A DNA stretch of 63,369 nucleotides, filler included, from Circinaria calcarea (taxonomy: Eukaryota), in the NCBI GenBank assembly GCA_051942165.1. It is 15 parts of 15 records of this genome, joined end to end, with 100 filler letters (N's around TTAATTAATTAA, not from the genome) between each part and the next. Parts side by side here need not be neighbours in the genome. Positions count along the whole stretch, not along the records: positions 46,579 to 50,704 come from JAVECS010002456.1; positions 50,805 to 54,928 come from JAVECS010002457.1; positions 55,029 to 59,150 come from JAVECS010002458.1; 12 more parts are not named here. The stretch is one strand, 5' to 3'. The translations under genes were made by a program, and so were the position numbers. The notes under the pieces were generated by a model. The model saw nothing but the letters and a program-made list of their open reading frames with translations. It ran no database searches and was not told the origin of the DNA. Positions 46,579 to 57,415 of this stretch are shown piece by piece. Every line of letters starts with the position of its first letter. Position 1 is the first letter of the stretch.

Positions 46579-49500
46579 GCAGCTTTCCGGCTGGCAGGAA
46601 GTAATAAAGGTATGACCCTTATGTAGGCTTGTGAAGACTACATTTAGTGATTCTCGAAGTATGAGGAGCAGCTCGATATACACCGGCATGGCCGCTGTAA
46701 GGCTATAAGCTGCTGCGAAGGAGCAACACTCTAGTAGAAGTATGCTAAGAAACTGGTGTAGATTACATTATAATCGGATCTGACTCTGGCCGCATCACCA
46801 TCATCGAGTATGTCCCCTCGAAGAATCAGTTCAACCGATTGCACCTCGAAACATTTGGTAAATCAGGAATACGACGGGTAATCCCTGGACAGTACCTTGC
46901 AGTGGATCCTAAGGGTAGGGCATGCCTGATAGCTTCGGTTGAGAAAAATAAGCTTGTCTACGTTCTAAATCGGAATGCACAGGCTGAGTTGACCATCTCC
47001 TCGCCTCTCGAGGCCCACAAGCCACAGACTTTGGTGTTTGCTTTGGTCGGACTCGATGTCGGCTACGAGAATCCAGTTTTCGCTGCACTCGAAGTTGACT
47101 ATACCGAATGCGACCAGGACCCTACAGGACAGGCATATGAGGACCTGGAAAAATTGTTGGTTTACTACGAACTTGATCTAGGTCTCAATCATGTTGTTCG
47201 GAAGTGGAGTGATCCGGTGGATAGAACTTCGACGATGTTGTTCCAAGTTCCAGGCGGCGCAGATGGACCTAGTGGAGTGCTTGTCTGCGGACTTGATAAC
47301 ATCACATATCGACACTCTAACCAAGATGCGTTCAGGGTAGCAATCCCGCGCCGAAAGGGAGCTACGGAAAATCCCGAGCGGAAACGATATATTGTCTCTG
47401 GGGTCATGCACAGGATGCGAGGAGCCTTCTTTTTCCTGCTGCAGAGTGAAGACGGGGATCTCTTCAAAATTACGTTGGATATGGTCGAGGATGAGGGAGG
47501 CCAGCCTACCGGCGAGGTCAAAAGGCTCAAGATCAAGTACTTTGACACGGTGCCAATAGCTTCTAGTTTATGCATCCTTAAGAGCGGCTTTCTTTTCGTT
47601 GCAAGCGATACTGGCAATCATCACTTTTACCAATTCGAGAAGCTTGGGGACGATGATAATGAGACCGAATACGACAGCGATGCTTTTCCGGCGGATCCCA
47701 CCCAATCTTATACGCCTGTCTTTTTCTATCCTCGAGCCGCCGAGAACCTTAACCTGACCGATAGCATCAACTCGATGAATCCAATCATGGATTGTAAAGT
47801 GACTAATTTGATGGGAGAAGATGCAAATCAGATATACTCAATCTGCGGAAGTGGTGCGCGGAGTACCCTTAGAACACTAAAACACGGCTTGGAGGTCAAC
47901 GATATCGTCGACTCAGAATTACCCGGTATCCCGCTTGCCGTATGGACTACTAAAATAACCCGAGGAGACGAATACGATGCTTACATTGTTCTATCATTTC
48001 CAAACGGAACGTTGGTTTTAAGTATAGGCGAAACCGTGGAGGAAGTTACGGATACAGGCTTTCTGTCTTCAACCAACACCCTTGCCGTGCAACAACTAGG
48101 AGAGGACGCCCTCATCCAGGTCCATCCTAAAGGAATAAGACATATTCGAGCGGACCGGCGTGTGAATGAATGGCCTGCTCCACAGCATCGATCTATAGTA
48201 GCTGCGACAACCAATGAGCGGCAAGTTGCTGTTGCACTAAGTTCTGGTGAGATTGTGTACTTTGAGATGGATTCCGACGGATCACTTGCCGAGTATGACG
48301 AAAAGCGAGAAATGAGCGGAACTGTTACTTGTTTAAGTTTAGGAGAAGTGCCAGAAGGTCGTGTTCGCAGTCAGTTTCTCGCTGTAGGTTGCGATGATTC
48401 CACAGTCAGGATTCTCAGCTTAGATCCAGATTCAACATTGGAAAATAAATCTGTACAGGCCCTAACATCTTGGCCAACCGCTTTGTCTATCATGGCAATG
48501 GCCGATTCGACTTCCGGTGGTTCAACGCTCTACCTACATATAGGTTTGCATTCGGGTGTATACCTTCGTACTGTATTGGACGAGATCACGGGTGAACTCT
48601 CAGATACTCGAACACGTTTCTTGGGCTCAGCAGCCGCCAAGCTCTTTCGAGTATCCGTAAAGGGCCAGCCTGCTGTCCTTGCCTTGAGCTCGCGTCCTTG
48701 GCTTGGGTATTCAGATCCTCAGACCAAAAGCTTCATGTTAACGCCACTAAGTTATGTCAATCTGGACTGGGGTTGGAGTTTTAGTAGTGAGCAATGTCAA
48801 GAGGGTATGGTTGGGATACAAGGGAAGAATCTCAGGTAAGCTCTTTGCATATTTCTTTCTGGTCCGGGAGCGAAACCATCTGATGATCCTACTATGCTCC
48901 TACTTATGTCAACGTCGACTGTGAGGATCAAACAATCTTAAATTCCAATTGTTCCTTCTGATATATAGCCTCTTACCCTTACTTGAAGCACGGTAGTACG
49001 TCATGAAAGATTGTTCTAACAGCTCTTTCCTAGGATTTTCTCGATCGAAAAGTTCGGTAACAATCTCTTACAACAATCCATACCATTAACATACACGCCC
49101 CGAAAGTTTGTCCGTCACCCTATACAACCGCTCTTCTACACGATTGAGTCTGATTACAATACACTGGCGCCTTCAACAAAACAACGTTTACTAAACGATT
49201 CGACCGTTGTCAACGGCGATAGCGTTGTGCTCCCTCCTGAAGAGTTTGGCTATCCACGGGCTCAAGGGCATTGGGCATCATGTATACATATCGTCGATCC
49301 TGTAGATGCAAAGGAAGTCCTTCAACAGATTGACTTGGAAGATAACGAGGCTGCCGTTAGCATTGCTACTGTATCTTTTTCTAGTCAAGATGACGAAGTC
49401 TTTCTCGTTGTGGGCACTGGTAAAGACATGATTGTGAGTCCACGATCCTTCTCAGCCGGCTTCATCCACGTCTATCGATTCCAAGAAGATGGCAAGGAGT

Positions 49501-50452
49501 TGGAGTTCATCCACAAAACCAAAGTTGAAGAGCCACCTCTAGCTCTTCTCGCATTCCAAGGTCGACTCTTGGCCGGTATTGGTACCGATCTTAGGATCTT
49601 CGATCTCGGTATGAAACAGCTGCTTCGGAAATGCCAGGCACAGGTAGTACCAAATCTCATTGTCGGCCTCCAGACACAGGGCAGCCGCATCATCGCTAGT
49701 GACGTACAGGAAAGCGTAACGTATGTGGTATACAAATACCAAGAAAACCTTCTCATACCGTTCGTCGACGATGTCATTGCTAGGTGGACGACTTGTACCA
49801 CTATGGTGGACTACGAGACGGTAGCAGGCGGTGATAAGTTTGGCAACTTATGGCTCCTGCGTTGTCCACAAAAAGCATCCGAAGAAGCAGATGAAGACGG
49901 CGCTGGGGCTCATTTGGTGCACGAACGGCAATACCTCCAAGGCGCACCCAACAGAGCAGCTCTCATGTGCCACTTCTATCCGCAAGACATCCCGACCAGT
50001 ATCCAAAAGACAACACTAGTAGCCGGTGGACGAGACGTGCTGGTTTGGACAGGGTTGCAAGGAACTTTGGGTATCTTGGTTCCATTTGTAAGTCGGGAGG
50101 ATGTCGATTTCTTTCAAACACTAGAGCAGCACTTGAGGAGTGAAGACGCGCCGCTGGCAGGGAGGGATCATTTGATTTATCGGAGCTACTACGTGCCGGT
50201 CAAAGGGGTTATTGATGGCGATTGTAAGATGGTCTTTAAATCAGTGTGACTTGATTTGTGCACGGTGCTAACGTGAGTCTAGTATGTGAGCGATATCCTT
50301 TGTTGCCGAATGATAAGAAACAGATGATCGCGGGCGAATTGGATAGATCGGTTCGGGAGATTGAGAGGAAGATTTCGGTAAGTGATCCTACTCCAAACCA
50401 GTTGTTTGGTGCTAACGATGTATAGGACATGCGAACGAGGGTGGCTTACTAG
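46579..50452 (+). CDS. RSE1: Pre-mRNA splicing factor Rse1/SF3B3 (SAP130), 5' truncated, multi-exon
   Basis: [27 protein letters not shown] and [15 protein letters not shown]...[17 protein letters not shown]; ends [12 protein letters not shown]. Confidence 0.98.
48876..48965 (+). ncRNA. snR41: Intronic C/D box snoRNA, snR41/U62-type, guiding 2'-O-methylation of 18S A541 (yeast numbering)
   Basis: Lies in the 198-nt RSE1 intron 48836-49033. Box C CTGATGA 48880-48886, C' GTGAGGA 48921-48927, box D CTGA 48958-48961. The 13-nt guide TCCAATTGTTCCT (48944-48956) is perfectly complementary to 18S AGGAACAAUUGGA (window 898-910), and D+5 falls on the A equivalent to yeast A541. Confidence 0.85.
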
Positions 50453-50568
50453 ATATCCTTTTCTGAATATCAAAAACGATTCTCAGTGGTAATCTATAAG
50501 CAAAGAATCTCATGTCAGCTAGAATGCTTTGCCATTTCGATCATTCTCTATCTCAATCCACCTATTCT

Positions 50569-50704
50569 CATTTCCCATTTCCCATTTCCCATTTCCCATT
50601 TCCCATTTCCCATTTCCCATTTCCCATTTCCCATTTCCCATTTCCCATTTCCCATTTCCCATTTCCCATTTCCCATTTCCCATTTCCCATTTCCCATTTC
50701 CCAT
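50569..50704. repeat. (CATTTCC)n heptamer tandem repeat, ~19 copies, at the contig end
   Basis: Perfect 7-nt periodicity; it produces the spurious FPISH / MGNGKWE ORFs. Confidence 0.97.
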
Positions 50705-51238
50705 NNNNNNNNNNNNNNNNNNNNNNNNNNNNNNNNNNNNNNNNNNNNTTAATTAATTAANNNNNNNNNNNNNNNNNNNNNNNNNNNNNNNNNNNNNNNN
50801 NNNNTTCAAAAGGTTAGCCTCAAGGAGAGACGCCTGATCATGAAGCCCCATCGCTCGGGAGTTAAGCGAGTTTCGACCGAAGTTCGGGACCATTACCAGT
50901 ATGTTCACGAGCTGCAGTTTCACACCTCAATCCGGCAGTGCGCACTCTCGGACTAGCGGTGCCATTGTCGACCCGGAAAGGTGGCGCCAACGACGATCCG
51001 TGCTAATCGAGATCAGGTGATGAGAAAAAGCAAACTGGCGTTAAGAACCCTAATTAGGTTTTAGTGGCTTTGTTGATCGTCTCCCCGTACGAAAAAGAAA
51101 AAACTGTCACGGCAAGGACAGAGTGGATGGTTTATTCCAAATTACAAAGGGCTACTTTGCGTACCCTTGGGTTGACTTATATGTCAACTACTTGATACGT
51201 GAATAGAGGAGGTTAGTTTATGAGTTATCATTTTTCTA

Positions 51239-51857
51239 CGAGCCGTCTCCGGACAGTACGCTTTGATCAAACTTTCGCACTGTCCGCTCTAGTCAGCGCA
51301 GGGGTGGAGCGGACACTAATCACTAAACTTAAAGGCTTACAGGGTATGTGGGTAGGGGTCCAGTAAGCACGCTGCGTTTGGGCCGGGGGCGTAGTCTCTG
51401 CCTCTAGAGAAGAGGAACGTTATAGGGAGGGCACTACGTCTTAAATGGTCTACACGGTATAACCGAGATGTATGTATGTATGTATGTATGAATAAATGCT
51501 ATGGTACTGCTATGAGACACTTGCGTGTGGAATTTATATGCGATGTATCTATAAAAATACTCGGGGATCGTTGAGATACGGAAACGAAAGGCGCGTTTGA
51601 TTAGTATTATTTCCCTGCTTTTCTCTCCACGCACTCCAATTACAATATTCGCTTCTTTTTGGCCATTTCGGTGAAGCCGGTTTTCACGGTATACCACAGA
51701 TCACCCGGCGCACCCACTAATGTTGGGCGCATTAACTAAGATCGGGGTTTTTATATTTAAGCTTTGGATACTCAGCTTAGTGCCCGCTCCACCCTTGCGC
51801 TGACTAGAGCGGACAGTACGAAAGTTGAGTCAACGCGTACTGTCCGGAGACGTCTCG
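51239..51857. mobile_element. Non-autonomous DNA transposon (~620 bp) with ~80-bp imperfect, internally palindromic TIRs
   Basis: Left CGAGCCGTCTCCGGACAGTACGCTTTGATCAAACTTTCGCACTGTCCGCTCTAGTCAGCGCAGGGGTGGAGCGGACACTAA is inverted at ~51777-51857. No ORF inside; TA at the left flank but no exact TSD. Confidence 0.75.
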
Positions 51858-52512
51858 ATTACTCTAAGCCTCGACTGCAGCAGGCAGTTTAGTCTCGACC
51901 TAGGGTCCAATGCCTCAAAACTACATGCCTGTTGGTTATTAGACTTGCGCAAGCCATGCCCTCTTCCCAAACCAGACTCATGCACTGCCCTCAGTCCTTA
52001 AAGGGAAATGCGAAGCTCTCCTCAATCCTGATGGAGGAGGATGGCGTATGGAGCGAGGAAGACCGATTCAAGAACTCCAGTAATGTCCAGGGGCGTTGCG
52101 CTGGAGATGCAGATCCCCCAGCTAATTACATGTGCAGTATCTGGGTTAGGAACAGCCACCGCTACACCAATGTCTTCCACTGAACCTCATCCGGTCGAGC
52201 CATGTCAGAAGCCTGCTGGAGGAGCTCCAATGGCCTCAAGGTAGGCCGAGGAGCTTGAGTTCAATAAGCCACTACACATCCTTCGTCATCGATTCCTCCA
52301 TGCAGCGCTCAGCCAGAGTGTATTGTCTTAACTCCGTATTAGCTTCTTGAGAATCGGCTTCAAAGCGACCCAGTGCTATATAATGCACGTCGATTTCCCA
52401 TTTCCCCCCAATTCAGAGAGGACATCGCCATCATACTACACCTTGAAGCCCGAATATCCCTAGCTCAATATCCAAAACAACCTGCTCTTTGTACCTACCC
52501 AATAATAACAAA

Positions 52513-53086
52513 ATGCGTCTCACAGTCTTTCAACCTGTCTTGTTGGCTGCCTTAGCCTCCACACAAGTGCTAGGTGAGGCATCCACTCCGCAGATGTCAT
52601 CATGGTTGGACTGACACTGTTCGTCTTCTGTCCCAGGCTTCCACATCGCTCTGCCTGGCAAAGCCGTGGCCGGGACTCCTCTTGACTCTACTGCAGCAGG
52701 AGCCTGCTTCTGGTCCGGCACCGCCCCCTTCTGCGCCGGCGGCTGCTCGAGTGGCTACACCGAGGTGGCAACCAGCTCCTGTGGAGACGGAGCCTGCTGC
52801 GTTACCGGCTATAAGAAGCAGTGTTGCAAAACGAGTTCGGTGGAGGGAACCGAAACCCGTCATCTCAATGATGGTAGGTGTGCTGCGATCCCGGGATCAA
52901 CGTCCGTTCTCTCTATTTGAGTTTGACACCACTGCAGGGAATGACGACCCCAACGATGACTACTGTCCCCACGGCAAGTATATCATGTGCCCGCCGGGTG
53001 CGACCAAGAATGAGGAGTGCGAGTGCCTGGACAAGGACCAGAAGGCCGGTGCCCGTCAATCAATCCTCGGTCACGGACATCTTTGA
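52513..53086 (+). CDS. Small secreted cysteine-rich protein, 148 aa (exons 52513-52573, 52637-52873, 52938-53086)
   Basis: Signal peptide MRLTVFQPVLLAALASTQVLG and two GT-AG introns in consistent phase. It carries a CFWSGTAPFCAGGC...CGDGACCVTGYKKQCC module and a 4-Cys C-terminal module. Confidence 0.8.
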
Positions 53087-53559
53087 TATCCATGCCGAGA
53101 ACAGAATCCAGAGGAGATCTCTTCCATGTTGGGGGTTCTGAGCTTTTCCTCGAGTGCAAGTGAAAGGAGAAAGGAAACGTTGGGAAGGGGGGAGATATGA
53201 GAACTATTGGAATTTCTTCAGCTAGCTAGCTACACTCTTTTTTGTATCTTGTTCGATTTTTACAATTCAGTAATCACAATCCCCAAAACGGTTCGAGCGG
53301 AGTAAAACGAACAATGATGAAATCCCCTAACCTAGTTTGTCTTTCGAATCATTGGCCGTTTTTACTTAGTGCCCCCTGACGCAAATCCCCCCAAAAAAAG
53401 ATGAGAAATACAGAAAACACATGCCCCTGACACAATGTAAGGGCCTCTACCAGAGAACCCTCCCTTACGAAAACCCTACCATACGGGTGAAACTATCCAC
53501 CCGAGAGATCACGAGATATTCGTTTAACCAGGTTTTTCTCCGGCGAAAAATATTAACAC

Positions 53560-53810
53560 CAGAAAAAATTCTTGAGCAATGCCCCATAATTCAAATACGC
53601 TACCTACCATATGTAAACTAAACTAAAATTTGGAAGCAAAACATTATCACATATATTTTTACCAACGACCCGACCCCCTTATTCGTAAATGATTCACTAC
53701 TATACTATTCCGTAAAAAGGGATCCTTATGGTAGAGTACTCTGTAAATAAAGGAAAATTCCTAAAAAAATTTTTAAAGCAAACAAAAAAATAAAATTTAT
53801 ATATGGCTCC
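53560..53810. repeat. AT-rich tract, possible RIP-degraded remnant
   Basis: Low GC, TpA- and poly-A-rich, no coding signal. Confidence 0.35.
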
Positions 53811-54486
53811 TACCTAGGGACGTGGGAAGCAAAAGAGTATCCCGTCGGAGAGAAAGAGATAGAGAGTGTATATCTAAGTAACATGCGGATTCGAATCGGG
53901 GCAGAATTAGGAGTGGATATTGCTTTCGAGCCTAAGGTACACTGATTTATCCCCGTTGTCATCCTTATCGATATACTGCTCATCATCGCCACTACAAGCA
54001 GTCAATATAACCCCGTAGGGCCTAGCCAGGCCTCGAAAGCGGCCATGACCAAACAGTATACGAACTCCAATGGCTTGACATTATATTTGGAGCTGCCATA
54101 AGGCGTATAGCTTGTTCTCATATCGATAAAGCCTACGTACTTGCGGAGGCAGTATTATGCCTTAAATACTAAATCGGGCGAACATCCAAGGAGCTTCTGG
54201 AGGTATCGAGTGATACTGATACTGCCCCCCTTATTTTTAGCATTGGTTGCTCATAGCAAAGCCATTTAACCACCCCCACCCTTTTTTTCTTATTCATCTT
54301 ACTTCCATGACTCCCTTAATATTAGCCCCTTCTCCTCCATCCTCGTTTCCTGGATCTCACTTTTGACTTCTAGGCCCTATAACCGAGTAATGAAGGAAGT
54401 AGGTGGATAGCTGTTGAGCTTCGTTGATGTTTTGAGATCCTTCAATCACAAAAGGTAAGGGGAAGGATAAGAACAAAGTCCATACT

Positions 54487-54927
54487 TTATGATACCGGAC
54501 CCTCCAAGGGTAACACCACTTGCCCCGGTCCATCACCATAGGTACTACTCGCCCAACTTCCAATTCCTGTCCTCGAAACGCTCTTAAGAACCGCATAGCC
54601 ACTATTAGGATCTGTATTCCTCTCAGTCCAGAACACCGAGATCTGGGGGTCCTTGTTTGGCAAGTCTAACACCGCGGCAGCGAGAGGTTGATAGAGTGCA
54701 ACTTCATCGTTCCCGGTAGTGAGGGCTGGATATGCGACGACTGGGAAAGTATTGGTATTATACCAGACTTCTGCCACCCTTTTAGGAAACTCTCGGGCGG
54801 AGGAGGTGATGTTAATCTCGCGGAACGAACGGTCAGAGGCAGAAAAGTAGTAGAGCAGCGTTGAGCCATGGATGGACACGGCAGCGAGATCGGCGTTGTT
54901 GTGAGGGAGAAGATATGGGAAGGATAT
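54487..54927 (-). CDS. C-terminal part of a beta-propeller protein, possibly fucose-specific-lectin-like (5' truncated)
   Basis: The frame is open from the contig end, with blade-like DLAAVSI..TLLYY..REI and PLAAAV..QISVFW segments. Confidence 0.45.
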   Translation of the reverse strand: MSFPYLLPHNNADLAAVSIHGSTLLYYFSASDRSFREINITSSAREFPKRVAEVWYNTNTFPVVAYPALTTGNDEVALYQPLAAAVLDLPNKDPQISVFWTERNTDPNSGYAVLKSVSRTGIGSWASSTYGDGPGQVVLPLEGPVS

Positions 54928-56838
54928 GNNNNNNNNNNNNNNNNNNNNNNNNNNNNNNNNNNNNNNNNNNNNTTAATTAATTAANNNNNNNNNNNNNNNN
55001 NNNNNNNNNNNNNNNNNNNNNNNNNNNNCTAGTAATAACCCCCCCCCCACTTCTCTCCGACCTCCCTTCTCCAACCTTCAACCACAAAAAGCAATCCATC
55101 CATCTCATCTAGATAGCACACCCCGGTTGAAATAGTCCCGTACTACCTTCATCTCATTTTCAAACGAAATTAGGCATGAGAGTTTTCCCACTTTCGGAAA
55201 AGTTCTCTTTTCTCAAAATAGTTTACTTTTTTGTTCTCTCTCGAGCTATGAGTTGTGGAAGAGGGAAATCTTTGGAGGATGTGCATGGCACAGGGTAGAG
55301 TGGGATTTTAGGGGACTAGTCTTTTGGGTCGGGGAGGGAAGACTTCGGTCGTCGGGGCCAACTTTCATTCGAGTTTCTGCCTTCTCTTGATCTTTCGAGC
55401 GGATCGAGTCGGTAGCTGGAAGAGTTCTTTTTGCGTCTTTTTGAATGATGCAAAACGTTACTGCGGTAACTGAAGACGAAAATTGATGCCGGCCAAGCTG
55501 GGGGATCGAAATAAGTGACAGCTTTCCTGTACTTCGCCAGTTTCTTACCAAAGAAAGAAACCGCCTACTCATTTGAATGCCCAAGTCTGCCGCTTGTCCG
55601 AAAAGACCCCTAGGAGAGCTACACGGTATTTTTAAAAAAGGTCTTCGCTGAGAAAGAGAGCAGTGATTGTCCTTGGCCAGTTGACAACAAAGTCCGGTCA
55701 AGTTTCCTTCTCTGCCAGGTTGTGATAAATCATGCTCCCTCCCTGCTCCCATCCGTATAATTCGTCCCATTAACCTCTATCATATCCGGATAAACCAACT
55801 TTGGCTCCCTCACAATCCCATCTCTACCCTGCGCACTCATAACTCCGCCGTCTCCTCTTTTTGGTGCAAATACCTAACAATACCTAACAATACCCCTAGC
55901 AAGCCCGTCCCCGTCGCGTCGGCCATTCCAATCGTCCTGGACGGACACTGAATATAGCTCGCTCCATGAATAGAGAGGTCCAGTACCCGTTCGGCGAGGT
56001 CAATTCCCAGCGAAGGACATCGTGCCGGAGAGTGCGCTGCGCCCCGTCGCATCCTCGATACCAAGTCTAAATTGTAGTTGGCCCGGTGAACGACGGTGAT
56101 AACTTTCCTTCGCGAATCGCAATAGCGATAGCGCCAATAGGAAGATGGATATGTAAGCAAGTTGCCTTTTGCATAATCATCTAGAATTTTAAATGTTGCG
56201 CAGGTCATCTACTACTGACTGGTCTGCTCCGTAGTAGTCTTTCCCGTTTCAATGTGTTCCCAAATGTTATTTTCAGCACCCATATCCAACGGTATGGTAT
56301 TTCGTCTGAGTTAGAAAATGGGTTCTCTGAGTTTCTAGGTGGAAACTTCATAGTAATTCACCGGTGACTGTTGTTGCTTAACATAAGTAAATAGAGACTA
56401 TAGTACCACCCCGAAAATACTCGTACAGCTTCTACTCTTGTAGAAGATCTAAAGCAAAGTCATATGAAGTACAGGGGGCTTGGCGATTCGAAGTGGACGG
56501 ATAGAGGAGGCAATTTATTATTATAGATATTCTCTCGGAGGATTAAGCTGAACGTTACCTGAGCGCGGCAACAAACCGGAAAAAGGGGCCAAGTGAAGCT
56601 GAGATTACGGTTCTTCGTTGAGCCAGGGTCCAAGCGCCTTATCGTTATCTCCGTTGTGTTTACAGATGTACGTCATTGTCAAACCCCCCACGAATCTCAA
56701 GTCCGACTATTGAGAAGTTTATACCCAACCTCTAATTTAGACTCGCCCTACTTAGAGCTTCATCCTGACTCTCAACACGATATAAACTCACTCACTCTGT
56801 CCTCGTCCACAAAACTACCACAATATATCACAAAACAA

Positions 56839-57415
56839 ATGGATCCCACCGGCCCTTCCCAGCCAACCCTAAACGACGCCTATAACACAGCCGGCAACCC
56901 CACAGACCAAGATCCCCAGGAGCAGAAAACCGCAACGGCACGAGCTTCCTCGAACAGCGGATCCCTCGTCGAGAAACGTGAGAGGGGCGATATCCCCGTC
57001 CCCTCCTCCCACGGCCAGGAAGCCACACCCACTTCCTTAGCTCACGGCGCCCGAGACAGCAGCGGGGACGACGATGTAAGTTTTCACAACCGTGTTTTCC
57101 TCCCTCAATCACCACCGCTCCCCATTTAATCAACTATCACAGTCACCAGCCCTATCCTACGATCCCAATCTCGAAGGCGAACAAATGCGCATGCCTGGCG
57201 AAGGCGACGTGTTTGCTGCTCAGACGCATAAGCAAGGATTCGGGGAACAAGAGGATCTGGCAGGGGATCTGGATGCGAAGAAGGAGGAGCAAAAGGGGAG
57301 GAGAGAGGAGGTTATGAATCAGAGGAAGGAGGAAGTTGATATAGGGGGTGCTCTGGGTGGGAGGAGTGGGGTTGCGGTTGTGGGAGGGACGAATCCGGGG
57401 AGGGATGAAAATTAG
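56839..57415 (+). CDS. Small hydrophilic hypothetical protein (exons 56839-57075 and 57143-57415)
   Basis: ATG in CAAATG context and an in-frame GTAAGT...CAG intron. Gly/Glu/Asp-rich, with LEGEQMRMPGEGDV and GFGEQEDLAGDLDAKKEEQ. Confidence 0.7.

Noticed and set aside
50486..50760. ORFs with FPISH / MGNGKWE peptide repeats
   Set aside because: Translations of the (CATTTCC)n microsatellite downstream of the RSE1 stop.
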